A DNA stretch of 64,000 nt from an uncultured delta proteobacterium. Its GTDB lineage: Bacteria; Desulfobacterota; Desulfobacteria; Desulfobacterales; JAFDCJ01. Shown here piece after piece: positions 41,183 to 51,731 of this stretch. The notes under the pieces are model-generated. The model ran no database searches. It had not been told where the DNA came from and saw only the letters and a list, made by a program, of their open reading frames with translations. The stretch covers positions 192,001 through 256,000 of the forward strand of contig CAVYNY010000011.1 of assembly GCA_963769935.1 (NCBI GenBank), given 5' to 3'. Both the position numbers and the translations under genes were made by a program. Positions within the stretch are counted from its first letter, which is position 1. The number at the start of each line of letters is the position of its first letter.

Positions 41183-42460
41183 ATGAAAATTATCGTGGTT
41201 GGGGGCGGTTGGGCCGGATGTGCGGCGGCGTTGTCGGCACGCAAGCAGGGTGCGGAGGTTCTCTTGATCGAACGCACGGACATGCTGCTGGGAACCGGCC
41301 TGGTGGGCGGTATCATGCGCAACAACGGCCGATTTACGGCCGCCGAAGAAATGATTGCCATGGCCGGAGGAGAGCTGTTTCAGTTGACCGATCAAAACAG
41401 CCTGCATCGGGGTATTGATTTTCCGGGACACCGGCATGCATCGCTTTATAATGTAGCCAAAATGGAGCCGATCCTTAAAAATTTTCTGCTTCAGGCGGGT
41501 GTTGAAATTCAACTGTCCACCCGCATAACCGATGTTGAAATGCAGGCGGATCGTCTGAAAACCGTCATCGGAAAATGCAGTAAAGAAGAATTGCGCTTCG
41601 ATGCCGAGGCCTTTATCGACACTACCGGCACGGCCGGTCCGCCAGCCAACTGCAATAAATTCGGCAACGGATGTGTGATGTGCGTGCTGCGCTGCCATAC
41701 CTTCGGCGGACGCGTCAGCCTGGCGGCCAAAGCCGGCGTCAAAGAAATTGTCGGGAAAAAAGGCTCTCAAACCGGAGCCATGAGCGGGTCCTGCAAACTG
41801 CTTAAAGAATCCCTGTCGGAAGATATCGTGCAGCGGTTAAATAAAGACGGGGTGGTCGTCATCCCTTTGCCGGAAGCGAGTCGCTCGGCCGGCAAACTGG
41901 CAATTAAAGCCTGCCAGCAATACGCTATTTCGGAATTTGAGAAAAATATCGTTTTGCTGAACACAGGCCATGCCAAGCTCATGAGTCCTTTTTTTCCGCT
42001 GGAGGCCTTGAGGCGAATTCCGGGCTTTGAATATGCGCGCTTCGAAGACCCGTACGCCGGCGGCCAGGGTAATTCCGTGCGCTACCTGGCCATGGCACCC
42101 CGGGACGACAGCCTGCAGGTGGCAGGCGTGGCCAACCTGTTCTGTGCCGGGGAAAAAGCCGGTCTGCTGGTGGGGCACACCGAGGCCATCTGCACCGGCA
42201 CACTGGCCGGCTATAATGCCGTCCGAAAAATAAAAAAAGACCCCCTGCTGGTAATCCCCGAGAGCCTGGCGATCGGAGATGCCATCCGTCAGGTGCGTCT
42301 GCGGATGAAAACCAGTGAGGGGCTGGGATTCAAATATACGTTTTCCGGCTCTGTTTTCTTTGAGCGCATGCTGGAACGCAAGCTGTATTCCACCGACGTA
42401 CAGCAGATCGAGCAAAGGGTGGCGGCCGCTGGATTGGGAGGTGTATTTGCTGGTAGCTGA
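41183..42460 (+). CDS. GidA-like FAD-dependent oxidoreductase
   Basis: IIVVGGGWAGCAAA..ERTDMLLGTG..GGIMRNNGRFTA..CAGEKAG..GHTEA. Confidence 0.85.
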   Translation: MKIIVVGGGWAGCAAALSARKQGAEVLLIERTDMLLGTGLVGGIMRNNGRFTAAEEMIAMAGGELFQLTDQNSLHRGIDFPGHRHASLYNVAKMEPILKNFLLQAGVEIQLSTRITDVEMQADRLKTVIGKCSKEELRFDAEAFIDTTGTAGPPANCNKFGNGCVMCVLRCHTFGGRVSLAAKAGVKEIVGKKGSQTGAMSGSCKLLKESLSEDIVQRLNKDGVVVIPLPEASRSAGKLAIKACQQYAISEFEKNIVLLNTGHAKLMSPFFPLEALRRIPGFEYARFEDPYAGGQGNSVRYLAMAPRDDSLQVAGVANLFCAGEKAGLLVGHTEAICTGTLAGYNAVRKIKKDPLLVIPESLAIGDAIRQVRLRMKTSEGLGFKYTFSGSVFFERMLERKLYSTDVQQIEQRVAAAGLGGVFAGS

Positions 42461-42522
42461 TCCTGATATGAAAATTCAGGAAAACGACGCGGGTCTCTTT
42501 TTATTTCTCAGAAGGCAGGGGA

Positions 42523-42776
42523 AAAATTCCAAATTTCAAGCACCAAATTACAAACAAATCCCAAATCACAATAATCAATGACCGAAACCGGTCAAGCCGG
42601 GAAAATCCCGCTGGTTTATTTTTTCCTGTTTCAGAACTTTCGTGATTTCGTGATAAAAGGATCGCTTTTTTGTCTAGAGCGATATTCAAGACTGATAAAG
42701 TCTTGTTTGGAATTTGGAATTTTGGTGATTGGAATTTGTTTGGGATTTGTGATTTGGAATTTGTGATTTTGATTTG
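42523..42776. repeat. AAATTCC/TTGGAATT periodic inverted-arm element, long copy
   Basis: Left arm 42523-42588, right arm 42704-42776. Confidence 0.8.
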
Positions 42777-42836
42777 CGTCCGCCTTAAGGTCTGATCCGC
42801 GTACCTGAACGCGTTGGAGGAAGCCCCCTGACGGGT

Positions 42837-43829
42837 TCAACGATTCCAGCACGCGGCCCTATGCCCCGGGTGGCGTTCAACCAGCGGCGGATCTTCTCTG
42901 CGACACTGTTCGGATACGTGGGGACAGCGGGTTTGAAAGCGGCACCCCGGCGGCGGTGCCATCGGGTTCGGCACTTCGCCGCCGTAGGCGATCCTTTGCC
43001 GCGCTTTTTGGGCTTTCGGATCGGGCACCGGAACCGCAGACAGCAGCGCTTCCGTATAGGGGTGGATGGCCGAATTATAGATGGCATCGCGTCCGGCGAT
43101 TTCTACAATCTTGCCCGCATACATGATTGCGATGCGGTGGGAAATGTGCCGCACCACGGCCAGGTCATGGGCAATAAATAGATACGTCAGGCCAAAATCA
43201 GCCTGCAAGTCCTGCATCAGGTTAACGACCTGGGCGCGGATGGAAACATCGAGCGCTGAAACGGGTTCGTCGGCGACGATGAATTTCGGGCTCAGGGCCA
43301 GGGCCCGCGCGATGCCGATGCGCTGGCGTTGGCCGCCGCTGAAGGCATGCGGATAGCGGCCGCCCGCATCCGGCGGCAGGCCGACCAATTTTAAAAGTTC
43401 AGCGACCCGGTCTACGGCTGCGCGGGTGTTTTTTACCAGACCATGAACCAGCAGGGGTTCGGCCACGATGTCGATGATCCGCAGCCGCGGATTGAGACTG
43501 GCGTAAGGATCCTGAAAAACCAGCTGCATATGCCTGCGCAGCGGCCTAAGTCCCTCCTCATCCAGGTCGGTGATGTCCTGAGCGTGAAAATATATGCGGC
43601 CGGATTTGATCGGTACCCGGCGCAGAATTGCCCGTCCCGTAGTGCTTTTGCCGGACCCGGACTCCCCCACCAGCCCCAGGGTTTCACCGGGATAAATCTC
43701 AAAAGAGACATCATCGACGGCATGGACCACCAGGTGTTTTTGTCCCCAGAACCCGCTGCGCCCGGCATCAAAATGGACGGTGAGGTGGTCGACTTTGATG
43801 AGAGGTTCCTTATTTGAGGTAGGTGCCAT
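42837..43829 (-). CDS. Oligopeptide/dipeptide ABC ATPase (OppF/DppF)
   Basis: [35 protein letters not shown]. Confidence 0.92.
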   Translation of the reverse strand: MAPTSNKEPLIKVDHLTVHFDAGRSGFWGQKHLVVHAVDDVSFEIYPGETLGLVGESGSGKSTTGRAILRRVPIKSGRIYFHAQDITDLDEEGLRPLRRHMQLVFQDPYASLNPRLRIIDIVAEPLLVHGLVKNTRAAVDRVAELLKLVGLPPDAGGRYPHAFSGGQRQRIGIARALALSPKFIVADEPVSALDVSIRAQVVNLMQDLQADFGLTYLFIAHDLAVVRHISHRIAIMYAGKIVEIAGRDAIYNSAIHPYTEALLSAVPVPDPKAQKARQRIAYGGEVPNPMAPPPGCRFQTRCPHVSEQCRREDPPLVERHPGHRAACWNR

Positions 43830-43856
43830 TTGTTTCTTATTTAATCACCCGCGATA

Positions 43857-44139
43857 AAAAATGCCTAAAATGCACTAAATTGCCTAAATTGCCTAAAATG
43901 CCTAAAATGCCTAAAATTGAGGTATTCTGTCGATTTAAATAGCAACGCAAGTGAATCCATAAAGCAATGTTGATAATATCCGGTTTCCAATAGGCCGAAT
44001 ATCTTTATAAAAAAGACGGAGTGTCCCGCAGCGCAAGCGCTTGCGCGACGTGTGCGCTGCGGGAGCGACACCATAATTTTAGGCATTTTAGCGCATTTTA
44101 GGCACTTTAGGCATTCATAGTAGGCACTTTAGGCATTTT
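43857..44139. repeat. AAAATGCCT/AGGCATTTT periodic inverted-arm element with internal palindrome
   Basis: About 6 units at 43857-43918, inverted units at 44075-44139; perfect 16-bp palindrome at 44031-44046. Confidence 0.9.
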
Positions 44140-44140
44140 C

Positions 44141-45130
44141 TTATATCTGTCTTTGAAACGCACACCAGCAGGACACCTGGCGGTTTTCCTCGTAGGGGGT
44201 CAGGGACTGCCTTTGGGCGCAGCCTTCCCGGGCCTGGTCGCAGCGGGTGACAAAGGCGCAGCCGGACGGCGGTGCAATAAGGTTCGGCGGCACCCCCTCG
44301 ATGGCGACCATGCGTTCGGCGACTTCATCCGGCCGCGGCGTTGCCCGCAGCAGGCCCTGGGTGTAAGGATGAACCGGCCGCTCGAAAATGTCCTGCGCAT
44401 CTCCGATTTCAACGATTTCGCCGGCATACATGACGGCCACCCGGTGACAGAGCTGGGCGATCACCCCAAGATCATGGGTAATCATGACCACCGCCAGGTT
44501 CAGCCGCTGCTGGAGATCCGCCAGAAGCTCCAGTATCTGGGCCTGAATCGTGACATCGAGAGCGGTTGTCGGTTCATCGGCAATCAGCAGGTGGGGGTCA
44601 CAGGCCAGGGCCATGGCGATCATTACGCGTTGGCGCATACCGCCGGAAAACTCATGGGGGTACTGATCCAGACGTTTTTCGGCCGCACTCATATTTACCA
44701 GCTCCAACAGTTCGACGGCGCGGCGGCGGGCCTGCTTTTTGCTCATGCCGAGGTGATGGCGCAGCACTTCCCCAATTTGTTGGCCGACGGTGAACAGCGG
44801 GTTCAGGGATGTCATCGGGTCCTGAAATATCATGGCGATTTCCTTGCCCCGCACTTTTTGCAAAAGTCGCCGGCCTTCGGAAGACAACAATGAGCGGCCC
44901 CGCCATCGAATGTCACCGGCTATAATTTCGCCGGGGATGGTAATCAGACCCATGACCGCTTGAAACGTCACACTCTTGCCGGATCCGGATTCGCCCACCA
45001 ATCCCAGGGTTTCACCGGAATCCACATGCAGATTGACGCCGCGCGCCCCCTGGACGATCCCGCTGCGGGTTGTAAAGTGAACCTTCAGACCTTTGATTTC
45101 CAGCAGATGCTGATCGGCTGTCCCGCTCAT
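44141..45130 (-). CDS. Oligopeptide/dipeptide ABC ATPase (OppD/DppD)
   Basis: [34 protein letters not shown]. Confidence 0.92.
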   Translation of the reverse strand: MSGTADQHLLEIKGLKVHFTTRSGIVQGARGVNLHVDSGETLGLVGESGSGKSVTFQAVMGLITIPGEIIAGDIRWRGRSLLSSEGRRLLQKVRGKEIAMIFQDPMTSLNPLFTVGQQIGEVLRHHLGMSKKQARRRAVELLELVNMSAAEKRLDQYPHEFSGGMRQRVMIAMALACDPHLLIADEPTTALDVTIQAQILELLADLQQRLNLAVVMITHDLGVIAQLCHRVAVMYAGEIVEIGDAQDIFERPVHPYTQGLLRATPRPDEVAERMVAIEGVPPNLIAPPSGCAFVTRCDQAREGCAQRQSLTPYEENRQVSCWCAFQRQI

Positions 45131-46116
45131 TGGCTCACCACCTTCCCGGGCACAACCATGCTGCGCCCGCGCTTTTTGAGGATGGCCATCCGGCGGGCAA
45201 ACTGTTTTTCACGCTCCTGCGGATCGGAGATCAACCGCATCCAGCTGGCCACAAGATTGACTGCCAGCACTGTTATGGATATGGCAATTCCCGGCATCGT
45301 GACCAGCCACCAGGCACTGAAAATATAGTCCTTGCCGGCGGCCACATCCAGGCCCCAGGAGGTGGCCGGCGGCTGAATGCCCAGTCCGAGAAATGACAAA
45401 GCGGCCTCGGCCAGAACGATGCGGGCAAACTCGAGGATCGCCAGGGTCAGCAGCGGCGAAGTGAGATTGGGCAGAATATGGCGGAAGATCACCCGGTGGG
45501 AACTGCACCCGATGATCTCCGCCGCTTCCACATAGGGGGTCTGCCGCACCGAGAGCACCGCGCTGCGGATCATGCGTCCGTAAACCATCCAGCCGTTGAG
45601 CGACAGCACCATGATGACGGTTGCCATACTGGGCCCGATGACGGCCAATATGATCAGGGCCAGCAAAAGACCGGGAAATGCCACCTGGGTATCGATCCAG
45701 CGCATGATAAGGCTGTCCGTGCGGCCGCCGCGATAGCCGGCAAACAACCCCATCAGAACCCCGAAAGTTCCGGCGATGAGCACCACGACGGTGCCGACCA
45801 GCAGCGACACCCGCGAGCCGTAAATGACCCGGGAAAGAACGTCGCGGCCCAAATGATCGGTACCCAGGAGATGGTTCCAGCTGCCTTTGGCCGACCAGGC
45901 CGGCGGTTTCAGGCGTGCCCGCAGGTCCTGGGCCGTCGGATCGTGAGGAGCCAGCAAGGGTGCCGCCAGGGCCATAAAAAGAAGGGCGGCAATCAGGGCA
46001 ACGCCGAGCAGGCCGGTTTTGTCCCGCCATAGTTCCCGAGACAGGCTGTGCAGCCGTTGACGCCATTCCCGCCGGCGGCTGCCGAGCATTTTGTCGATGT
46101 TGCTTTCGGTTTGCAT
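45127..46116 (-). CDS. Peptide ABC permease (OppC/DppC)
   Basis: LGTDHLGRDV..YVEAA..EAALSFLGLG. Confidence 0.92.
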   Translation of the reverse strand: MQTESNIDKMLGSRRREWRQRLHSLSRELWRDKTGLLGVALIAALLFMALAAPLLAPHDPTAQDLRARLKPPAWSAKGSWNHLLGTDHLGRDVLSRVIYGSRVSLLVGTVVVLIAGTFGVLMGLFAGYRGGRTDSLIMRWIDTQVAFPGLLLALIILAVIGPSMATVIMVLSLNGWMVYGRMIRSAVLSVRQTPYVEAAEIIGCSSHRVIFRHILPNLTSPLLTLAILEFARIVLAEAALSFLGLGIQPPATSWGLDVAAGKDYIFSAWWLVTMPGIAISITVLAVNLVASWMRLISDPQEREKQFARRMAILKKRGRSMVVPGKVVSQ

Positions 46117-46117
46117 A

Positions 46118-47038
46118 TCAGGCCAGCTTTAATCTCGGATCGATCATTGTATAAACAACGTCCATCAGGATATTGATCAATACCACCGTGACGGCCACAG
46201 TGAAAACAATGGCCTGGAGTAGAATCAAGTCTTCACGCTCGATGGCCTGGATGGCGGTCAGGCCGAGGCCGGGCCAGGCGAAAACGGTTTCAACGACCAC
46301 CGAATAGCCCGCGACAGCTCGTATCAGCTCCCAGCCGCCGAGGGTGACCACCGGCAGGCTGGCGTTGCGCAGCGCATGGATGCCCACCACCCGATAGAAG
46401 GGCAGCCCCTTGGCAAAACCGGTTTTGACATATTGCTGGTTGAGTTCGTCGATCATGGACGAGCGCACAATCATAACCATGCGGGCCAGGGCCGGCAGGC
46501 CCATCGTGACGGCCGGCAGAATGATGTGGGCCGGTGTGGCGATCCCGGAGGTCGGCAGCCAATGCAGCTGAACGGCAAACAGCATGATCAGCAGCAGGCC
46601 GAGCCAGAACTGGGGGACCGAAAGCCCCAGCAGGCTGACGAAAATCGTGCTGCGATCCGACAGTCCCCCCGGCCGCAGGGCAGCGATAATGCCCAGGGGC
46701 ATCGCCAGGACAAAGGCCAGCCCGATGCCGAGAAATGACAGCTCAAGGGTCAGCGGCAGCTTTTCGAATACGATCTGCATGGCCGGCCGATGCTGCCACA
46801 ATGAATCGCCGAAATCCAGCCGTGCGATGCCTCCCATGAATTCGACAAATTGAACCGGGATGGGCCGATCAAGCCCCAGCTGCTTTTCAAAAGCGGCCCG
46901 CTGCTCCACGGTGGCCTCCATCGGCAGCATCACTTTGACGGGATCTCCCACCAGGCGGGTGACCACGAAGACAATGACGGTAACGCCGAATATGACCCCC
47001 GCACCGTGCCAGAGTCTTTTGAGAAAGTAACGACCCAT
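46118..47038 (-). CDS. Peptide ABC permease (OppB/DppB)
   Basis: LGLDRP..DFGDS..AKGL..HALRNA..ETVFAWPGLG..DPR. Confidence 0.92.
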   Translation of the reverse strand: MGRYFLKRLWHGAGVIFGVTVIVFVVTRLVGDPVKVMLPMEATVEQRAAFEKQLGLDRPIPVQFVEFMGGIARLDFGDSLWQHRPAMQIVFEKLPLTLELSFLGIGLAFVLAMPLGIIAALRPGGLSDRSTIFVSLLGLSVPQFWLGLLLIMLFAVQLHWLPTSGIATPAHIILPAVTMGLPALARMVMIVRSSMIDELNQQYVKTGFAKGLPFYRVVGIHALRNASLPVVTLGGWELIRAVAGYSVVVETVFAWPGLGLTAIQAIEREDLILLQAIVFTVAVTVVLINILMDVVYTMIDPRLKLA

Positions 47039-47046
47039 AATTCAAC

Positions 47047-48528
47047 CTATTTCAACCCCATCTCGCTCACCAGGATTTTGGCGTCGACGCGGCCGTGCCA
47101 GTCGAGGCGGGCACTGACGCCGTAAATATCTTCGATGTTGAGCAGCCAGACAAAGTAGGCCTGATCGTAAGCACGCTTGACGGCCTGGTGGTAGAGAGCC
47201 TCACGCCGGTTAGAATCGGTCTCGATGCGGGCCTTGTCGATCAGGGATGCCAGCTCCTGGTCGCTGTTGGACGAACCGATGCCGCCGGCCCGATAATAGG
47301 CTGAGAAGCTTTTATCGGCATCCAGCAGTTCATTGGAGCTGACCACAAAAATTGCGCCGGCACGGGTCTTGCGGTCGAACAGGCGGTTCAAGTACTCATT
47401 GAACTCAAATATGCGAACCTTGGTTTTCAGCCCGACTGAATCCCAGAAGGCGGCCACCGCTTCCACCAATTCCCGATCCTTAAGCCACCGGCCGGCCGTG
47501 CCGATAAGCTCAACCGTTGCCCCCTGCGCGCCCGCCTCCTTGAGCAGCGACTTGGCTTTTTCCGGGTCATAGGGGTAGGCGTGGACATTCTTATTAAAAC
47601 CGAAGAAAGAAGGACTCAACAGCTGACCCTGGGCAATCTGGGCAAACCCTTCGAACAAGCCTTCGGACAGGGCATCCTTGTCGACGGCGTAATTTAAGGC
47701 CTGACGAACGCGAACGTCCTTGGTCGGTCCGCCGTCGGCATTCAGAATGATTATGGGATGTTCCAGTCCTAATATATGGATAGCCTGGGGCACCTGTTGA
47801 GTGAACTCCGGCAGCAAATTTGTAATGACGTCGAATTCGCCGGCCTTCAAGCCGGCCAAACGGGTGCCGGGCTCCTCGACAAAACGATATTTCACCGCCT
47901 TAATGCGGGGTGCCGGACCCCAGTAATCTTTATTTGCCGTCAGGACGATGTCCTGTCCCCGGTTCCAGTGGACGAATTTGTAAGGTCCGGTGCCGACCGG
48001 ATTTTCGGCGAATTTTGGATCCTGTGAAAAGACGGGCGGCACCATCTTCATCCAGTAAAGCCGTGACAGCAGGATGGGGTCCGGTCCGTTGGTGGTTATG
48101 CGCACAGTCAGATCATCAACCTTTTCAGCATCTTTAATCGTTTCGAAGAAGGAAATCTGCTCGGAATTGAACTTGGGATCAATAATTCGTTTGATGCTGT
48201 AGACCACGGCGTCGGCATTGAAAGGCTCGCCGTTGTGAAATTTTATCCCCGGGCGAAGTTTTACCTCCCAGGTCCGGGGATCAAGCAGCTCCGGTGGGGC
48301 GGCTGCCAGGCCGGTGACCAGCTTGCCGTCCGGTGTACGGTCCATGAGGGTCTCGTAGATATTGTCGTTGACGGCACGTTCGCCGCCGTCTTCACGCAAC
48401 TGGGGATCCAGGGTGGTCGGTTCGGAGCCCAATGCAATCGTGACCTGCTGGGCACTGACGGCACCGGCGAGCAATATGACGAAGGCCGCAGCCAGACTGG
48501 CCGCTAGTAATGCATATTTTCGATTCAT
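47047..48528 (-). CDS. Family 5 ABC substrate-binding protein (OppA/DppA)
   Basis: EPTTLDP..IYETL..LRPGIKFHNG..PVGTGPYK..VRQALNYAVD; GGAGG RBS. Confidence 0.92.
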   Translation of the reverse strand: MNRKYALLAASLAAAFVILLAGAVSAQQVTIALGSEPTTLDPQLREDGGERAVNDNIYETLMDRTPDGKLVTGLAAAPPELLDPRTWEVKLRPGIKFHNGEPFNADAVVYSIKRIIDPKFNSEQISFFETIKDAEKVDDLTVRITTNGPDPILLSRLYWMKMVPPVFSQDPKFAENPVGTGPYKFVHWNRGQDIVLTANKDYWGPAPRIKAVKYRFVEEPGTRLAGLKAGEFDVITNLLPEFTQQVPQAIHILGLEHPIIILNADGGPTKDVRVRQALNYAVDKDALSEGLFEGFAQIAQGQLLSPSFFGFNKNVHAYPYDPEKAKSLLKEAGAQGATVELIGTAGRWLKDRELVEAVAAFWDSVGLKTKVRIFEFNEYLNRLFDRKTRAGAIFVVSSNELLDADKSFSAYYRAGGIGSSNSDQELASLIDKARIETDSNRREALYHQAVKRAYDQAYFVWLLNIEDIYGVSARLDWHGRVDAKILVSEMGLK

Positions 48529-48705
48529 TTTCCACCTCCTTGCTGTTGGCTGATGATGAAATGATGACAGGAATTGACCGTTGGGAAGGGGACTCTTGTA
48601 AGGGCCGACTATAGAGAAATGAAATTTAGGTGTCAAGTCGAATGGTCGATTGCCGGTCGGACTGTTGGCCGGTTGGCCCGTGCGCCCGTTGGCCGGTCTC
48701 GCCGT

Positions 48706-49686
48706 TTAATTGTTTAGATGAGGGATCGGGGTGTTTTTCTCGTCAGGCCCGCGGAGGCGGGCATCCAATCCAGCCATGATTTCGACGAACCGCAGGGGAC
48801 TTACCGCAATCCCACTTAGTTTGACGCCCCAGTGAAGATGTGGCCCGCTGACTCTGCCGGTGGCGCCCGTCAATCCGATCAACTGCCCTTTTTCGATGCG
48901 CCGGCCGGCCGCCGTTTTGATGGAGCTCAGGTGGGCATAAATCGTGAAAATTTCCGTGCCGTGGTCGATAATGACGGCATTGCCGGAATAGAATAGATTT
49001 TTGGCCAGCCTTACAACACCCGAATTGGATGCGTAGACGGGGGTTCCTTTTGGAGAGCGAAAATCAAGACCGTTATGATAACTTTTCAGCTGGTCGTTGA
49101 ATACCCGCCGGTTGCCGAAGCGACTGGATATTTCATTTTCAACCGGCAGTTGAAACGCACCTTCCCACAAGCGCTCCTGAATGCCGCCGGCATAGACTCG
49201 CTGGATTTCCCCCGCTTCGCGGCCGGCCCGTTGAAGGTCTTTTTTGTCGGGGTTGACCCGCCTGGCATCCACCTTTAAAACATCGGTTTGGTAATTGCCG
49301 GCTATCACCTGGAATGGAATCGGCATGCTTTTAGTCACAGCTGCCTCGAAATAGGTCAGCGTCAGTTCTTGAGGGCCGGGTTTGGTGCGATACGGTATTC
49401 CGATCAGGGCGAAATAGACCCCGTCCCCTCCGGCCGGATGCCGGTAAACCGGAAAACTGCGATTATTAAAGTCGATATGCATCCCGGCGGCGGGCAGCTG
49501 CAGCGCTCCGGTGTCGATTTCCACCAGGAGGATGCCGCCGTTGGCGACATCATATGAAGACGCATGCACCGCGGGGTATTGCTGGGTTTGGTTTTGGGCG
49601 GCGGCCGTCCACGGCAGGAGCAAGGCGAAGAATACAATAGCGGCGGCCGCGGTAATGAACCGCCGGATTTTCGGGCTAAGTTTCAT
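48706..49686 (-). CDS. M23 family metallopeptidase
   Basis: HNGLD..GTPV..IDHG..YAHL..GATGRVSGPHLHW. Confidence 0.92.
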   Translation of the reverse strand: MKLSPKIRRFITAAAAIVFFALLLPWTAAAQNQTQQYPAVHASSYDVANGGILLVEIDTGALQLPAAGMHIDFNNRSFPVYRHPAGGDGVYFALIGIPYRTKPGPQELTLTYFEAAVTKSMPIPFQVIAGNYQTDVLKVDARRVNPDKKDLQRAGREAGEIQRVYAGGIQERLWEGAFQLPVENEISSRFGNRRVFNDQLKSYHNGLDFRSPKGTPVYASNSGVVRLAKNLFYSGNAVIIDHGTEIFTIYAHLSSIKTAAGRRIEKGQLIGLTGATGRVSGPHLHWGVKLSGIAVSPLRFVEIMAGLDARLRGPDEKNTPIPHLNN

Positions 49687-49894
49687 AAATCAGTTCTGAT
49701 GCGCGCTACGACAACGTTTACTATAAATCTACCAGGTAATTTTCAAACTGTCCAGCAGAGAACCGAGTGAGATCTTTCCCGCCGCAATCCCCCATTGTTC
49801 TATTTTTTCATTATTCCAATATCCTATGGGGGCTAAAAAAGCAGACTTTGGCGGCTTGTTCCTATTCGCGATTTCCGGGTGCTCCCACCGAATT

Positions 49895-49969
49895 CGGGCG
49901 GGCGTAAAGCCCGCCCCTGCAAGACGGTGCCCGACCTGCTGGGTGAGAGCGGGGTTTATGCCCGCCCGC
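49895..49969. repeat. Inverted pair of REP-like palindromes (REPIN-like)
   Basis: GCAGGGGCGGGCTTTACGCCCGCCCG on minus and GTGAGAGCGGGGTTTATGCCCGCCCG on plus. Confidence 0.7.
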
Positions 49970-49997
49970 ACAGAACTGATGTCGCATTATTTCAGCA

Positions 49998-51731
49998 CTA
50001 TCCCCTGATGATGCGCGGCAGCATCATTTGATGATGGGGACAGATGGATCGGGGATTTTGATAGGCCGCACCGGCAAACGCGACCAGATACTTTCGAATG
50101 TCCGTCATTTTAGCGACTTCATCCACCATGCCGTGCTGCGCGCAATAAACCGGTCGGGAATAATCGTTGTATTCCTGGACCAGTTTGTTCATTTCTTCGA
50201 TGATCGGTTCCAGGGGCCGGCCGGCGTTTTTTTCCTTTACCAGGCGGCGGGAGAAACTGGCGGCCGCCGCCGTCTCTCCGTGCATGACATAAATTTCCGT
50301 CGTGGCCGTACCCAGGGTGAAGGCATTGTGCCGGTTGGCGGTGGGACCGCCCATGATGTAGTGGGCGGCCGCCGTCCCCTTTCGCAACACCACCAGCAGC
50401 ATGGGGACGTCGGTTTGCTGGATGGAATAAATCAATGATTGGCCCAGGCCCAGTAATTCGGCTTTTTCGGCAATGTCGCCGACATCGATACCGCTGGTGT
50501 CCTGAAACCAGATTACCGGCACCCGGTCGCGGCCGCAGTGCGTCACAAATTCGTTCATTTTGATCAACCCCTGGCGATAGAGTTTGCCGCCGATGCCCGG
50601 ATAGGGTGCATATTCGGGATAATTCTCACCCAGAAATCCCTGCCGGTTGCCGATGACGCCTACCAGAAAACCGTCCATTTTAACCAGACCGGTGTAAACC
50701 TCGGGACCGTAATCGGGCCGATATTCCATGTGTTCGCTGCCGTCTACCAGGCGGGACAATACTTCGTCGAAGTTGTACATTTGTTTCTGGTTGAAAGGAA
50801 CCAGGCGATAAAGATCTTCGGCCGGCAGGGCAGGTTCTTTGGGATCGGCCACGCGGAAGAATTTAGGCTGGTAGGCCGGCATGTCTTTCATGTAGTCCTT
50901 CAGTCCGTCAAGAACCTCTTCCTCGGTGTCAAAAACATACCTGAAAAAGCCGGTTTCATCGTAGTGGATTTTAGTGCTGCCGGGCGGTTCGGCCTTGTAC
51001 TGCTTGGCAGCCTCAATCAACTGTTCGGCGCCTTCCAGATCAAAATAGCCTTTCGGCGACATGCCGCTTAAGATACCGCCGCCGCCCACTGCAATGTTGC
51101 AGTCTTTGTGGGCAAACAATACGGTGGGGCTGATGCCCTGGTATCCGCCGCCGGCCGGGTTGGTGCCGTAGATTCCCGCCAGCACCGGAATCCCCTCCTG
51201 GTTGAGCTCGGCATGCCGGAAAAAGGTGGTGCCGGATCCGCGGCGGTCGGCATAAAATTTTTCCTGCTCGGTTAATTTCACACCGCTGCAGTTCACCAGC
51301 CAGACCAGGGGGATATTCAACCTTTTGGCAAGATCGGTGCATCTTAAAACATTTTCGGATTGTCCGGGGAGCCAGGCGCCGGCAAAAACTTTGTTGTCGA
51401 AGCCGATGACGACCGCCCATTTTCCCGCTATTTTGCCGAGACCGTCGATGACATTATTGGTTCCTTCAACATTATCCAGCGGATTGTATAAGGTATGCAG
51501 GGGACACCAGGTCCCCTCGTCCACCAGGTAGTCCAAACGCTGCCACACGGTGAGCTGCCCGCGGGCATTTATCTTTTCAGTCGGCAGTCCGGCGTTTTTC
51601 ACCTTCTCGACGGCCTCTGCAACAAGGGCCTCTACCTCCTGAATCTTGCCCACGTTGGCTGCGGTGCTTTTGACCTGTCCGGGTTTTAGTTCCTGGCCAA
51701 AATCCTTCATCTTTTCAAAATAAGATCTCAT
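49998..51731 (-). CDS. gcdA: Glutaconyl-CoA decarboxylase alpha subunit (carboxyltransferase)
   Basis: DNKVFAGAW..NCSGV..GTNPAGGGY..GGKLYRQGLIKM..QDTSGID..RKGTAAAHY..ICPHHQM. Confidence 0.9.
   Translation of the reverse strand: MRSYFEKMKDFGQELKPGQVKSTAANVGKIQEVEALVAEAVEKVKNAGLPTEKINARGQLTVWQRLDYLVDEGTWCPLHTLYNPLDNVEGTNNVIDGLGKIAGKWAVVIGFDNKVFAGAWLPGQSENVLRCTDLAKRLNIPLVWLVNCSGVKLTEQEKFYADRRGSGTTFFRHAELNQEGIPVLAGIYGTNPAGGGYQGISPTVLFAHKDCNIAVGGGGILSGMSPKGYFDLEGAEQLIEAAKQYKAEPPGSTKIHYDETGFFRYVFDTEEEVLDGLKDYMKDMPAYQPKFFRVADPKEPALPAEDLYRLVPFNQKQMYNFDEVLSRLVDGSEHMEYRPDYGPEVYTGLVKMDGFLVGVIGNRQGFLGENYPEYAPYPGIGGKLYRQGLIKMNEFVTHCGRDRVPVIWFQDTSGIDVGDIAEKAELLGLGQSLIYSIQQTDVPMLLVVLRKGTAAAHYIMGGPTANRHNAFTLGTATTEIYVMHGETAAAASFSRRLVKEKNAGRPLEPIIEEMNKLVQEYNDYSRPVYCAQHGMVDEVAKMTDIRKYLVAFAGAAYQNPRSICPHHQMMLPRIIRG

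Noticed and set aside
43857..44139. CRISPR array
   Set aside because: 9-nt units without unique spacers; no cas genes
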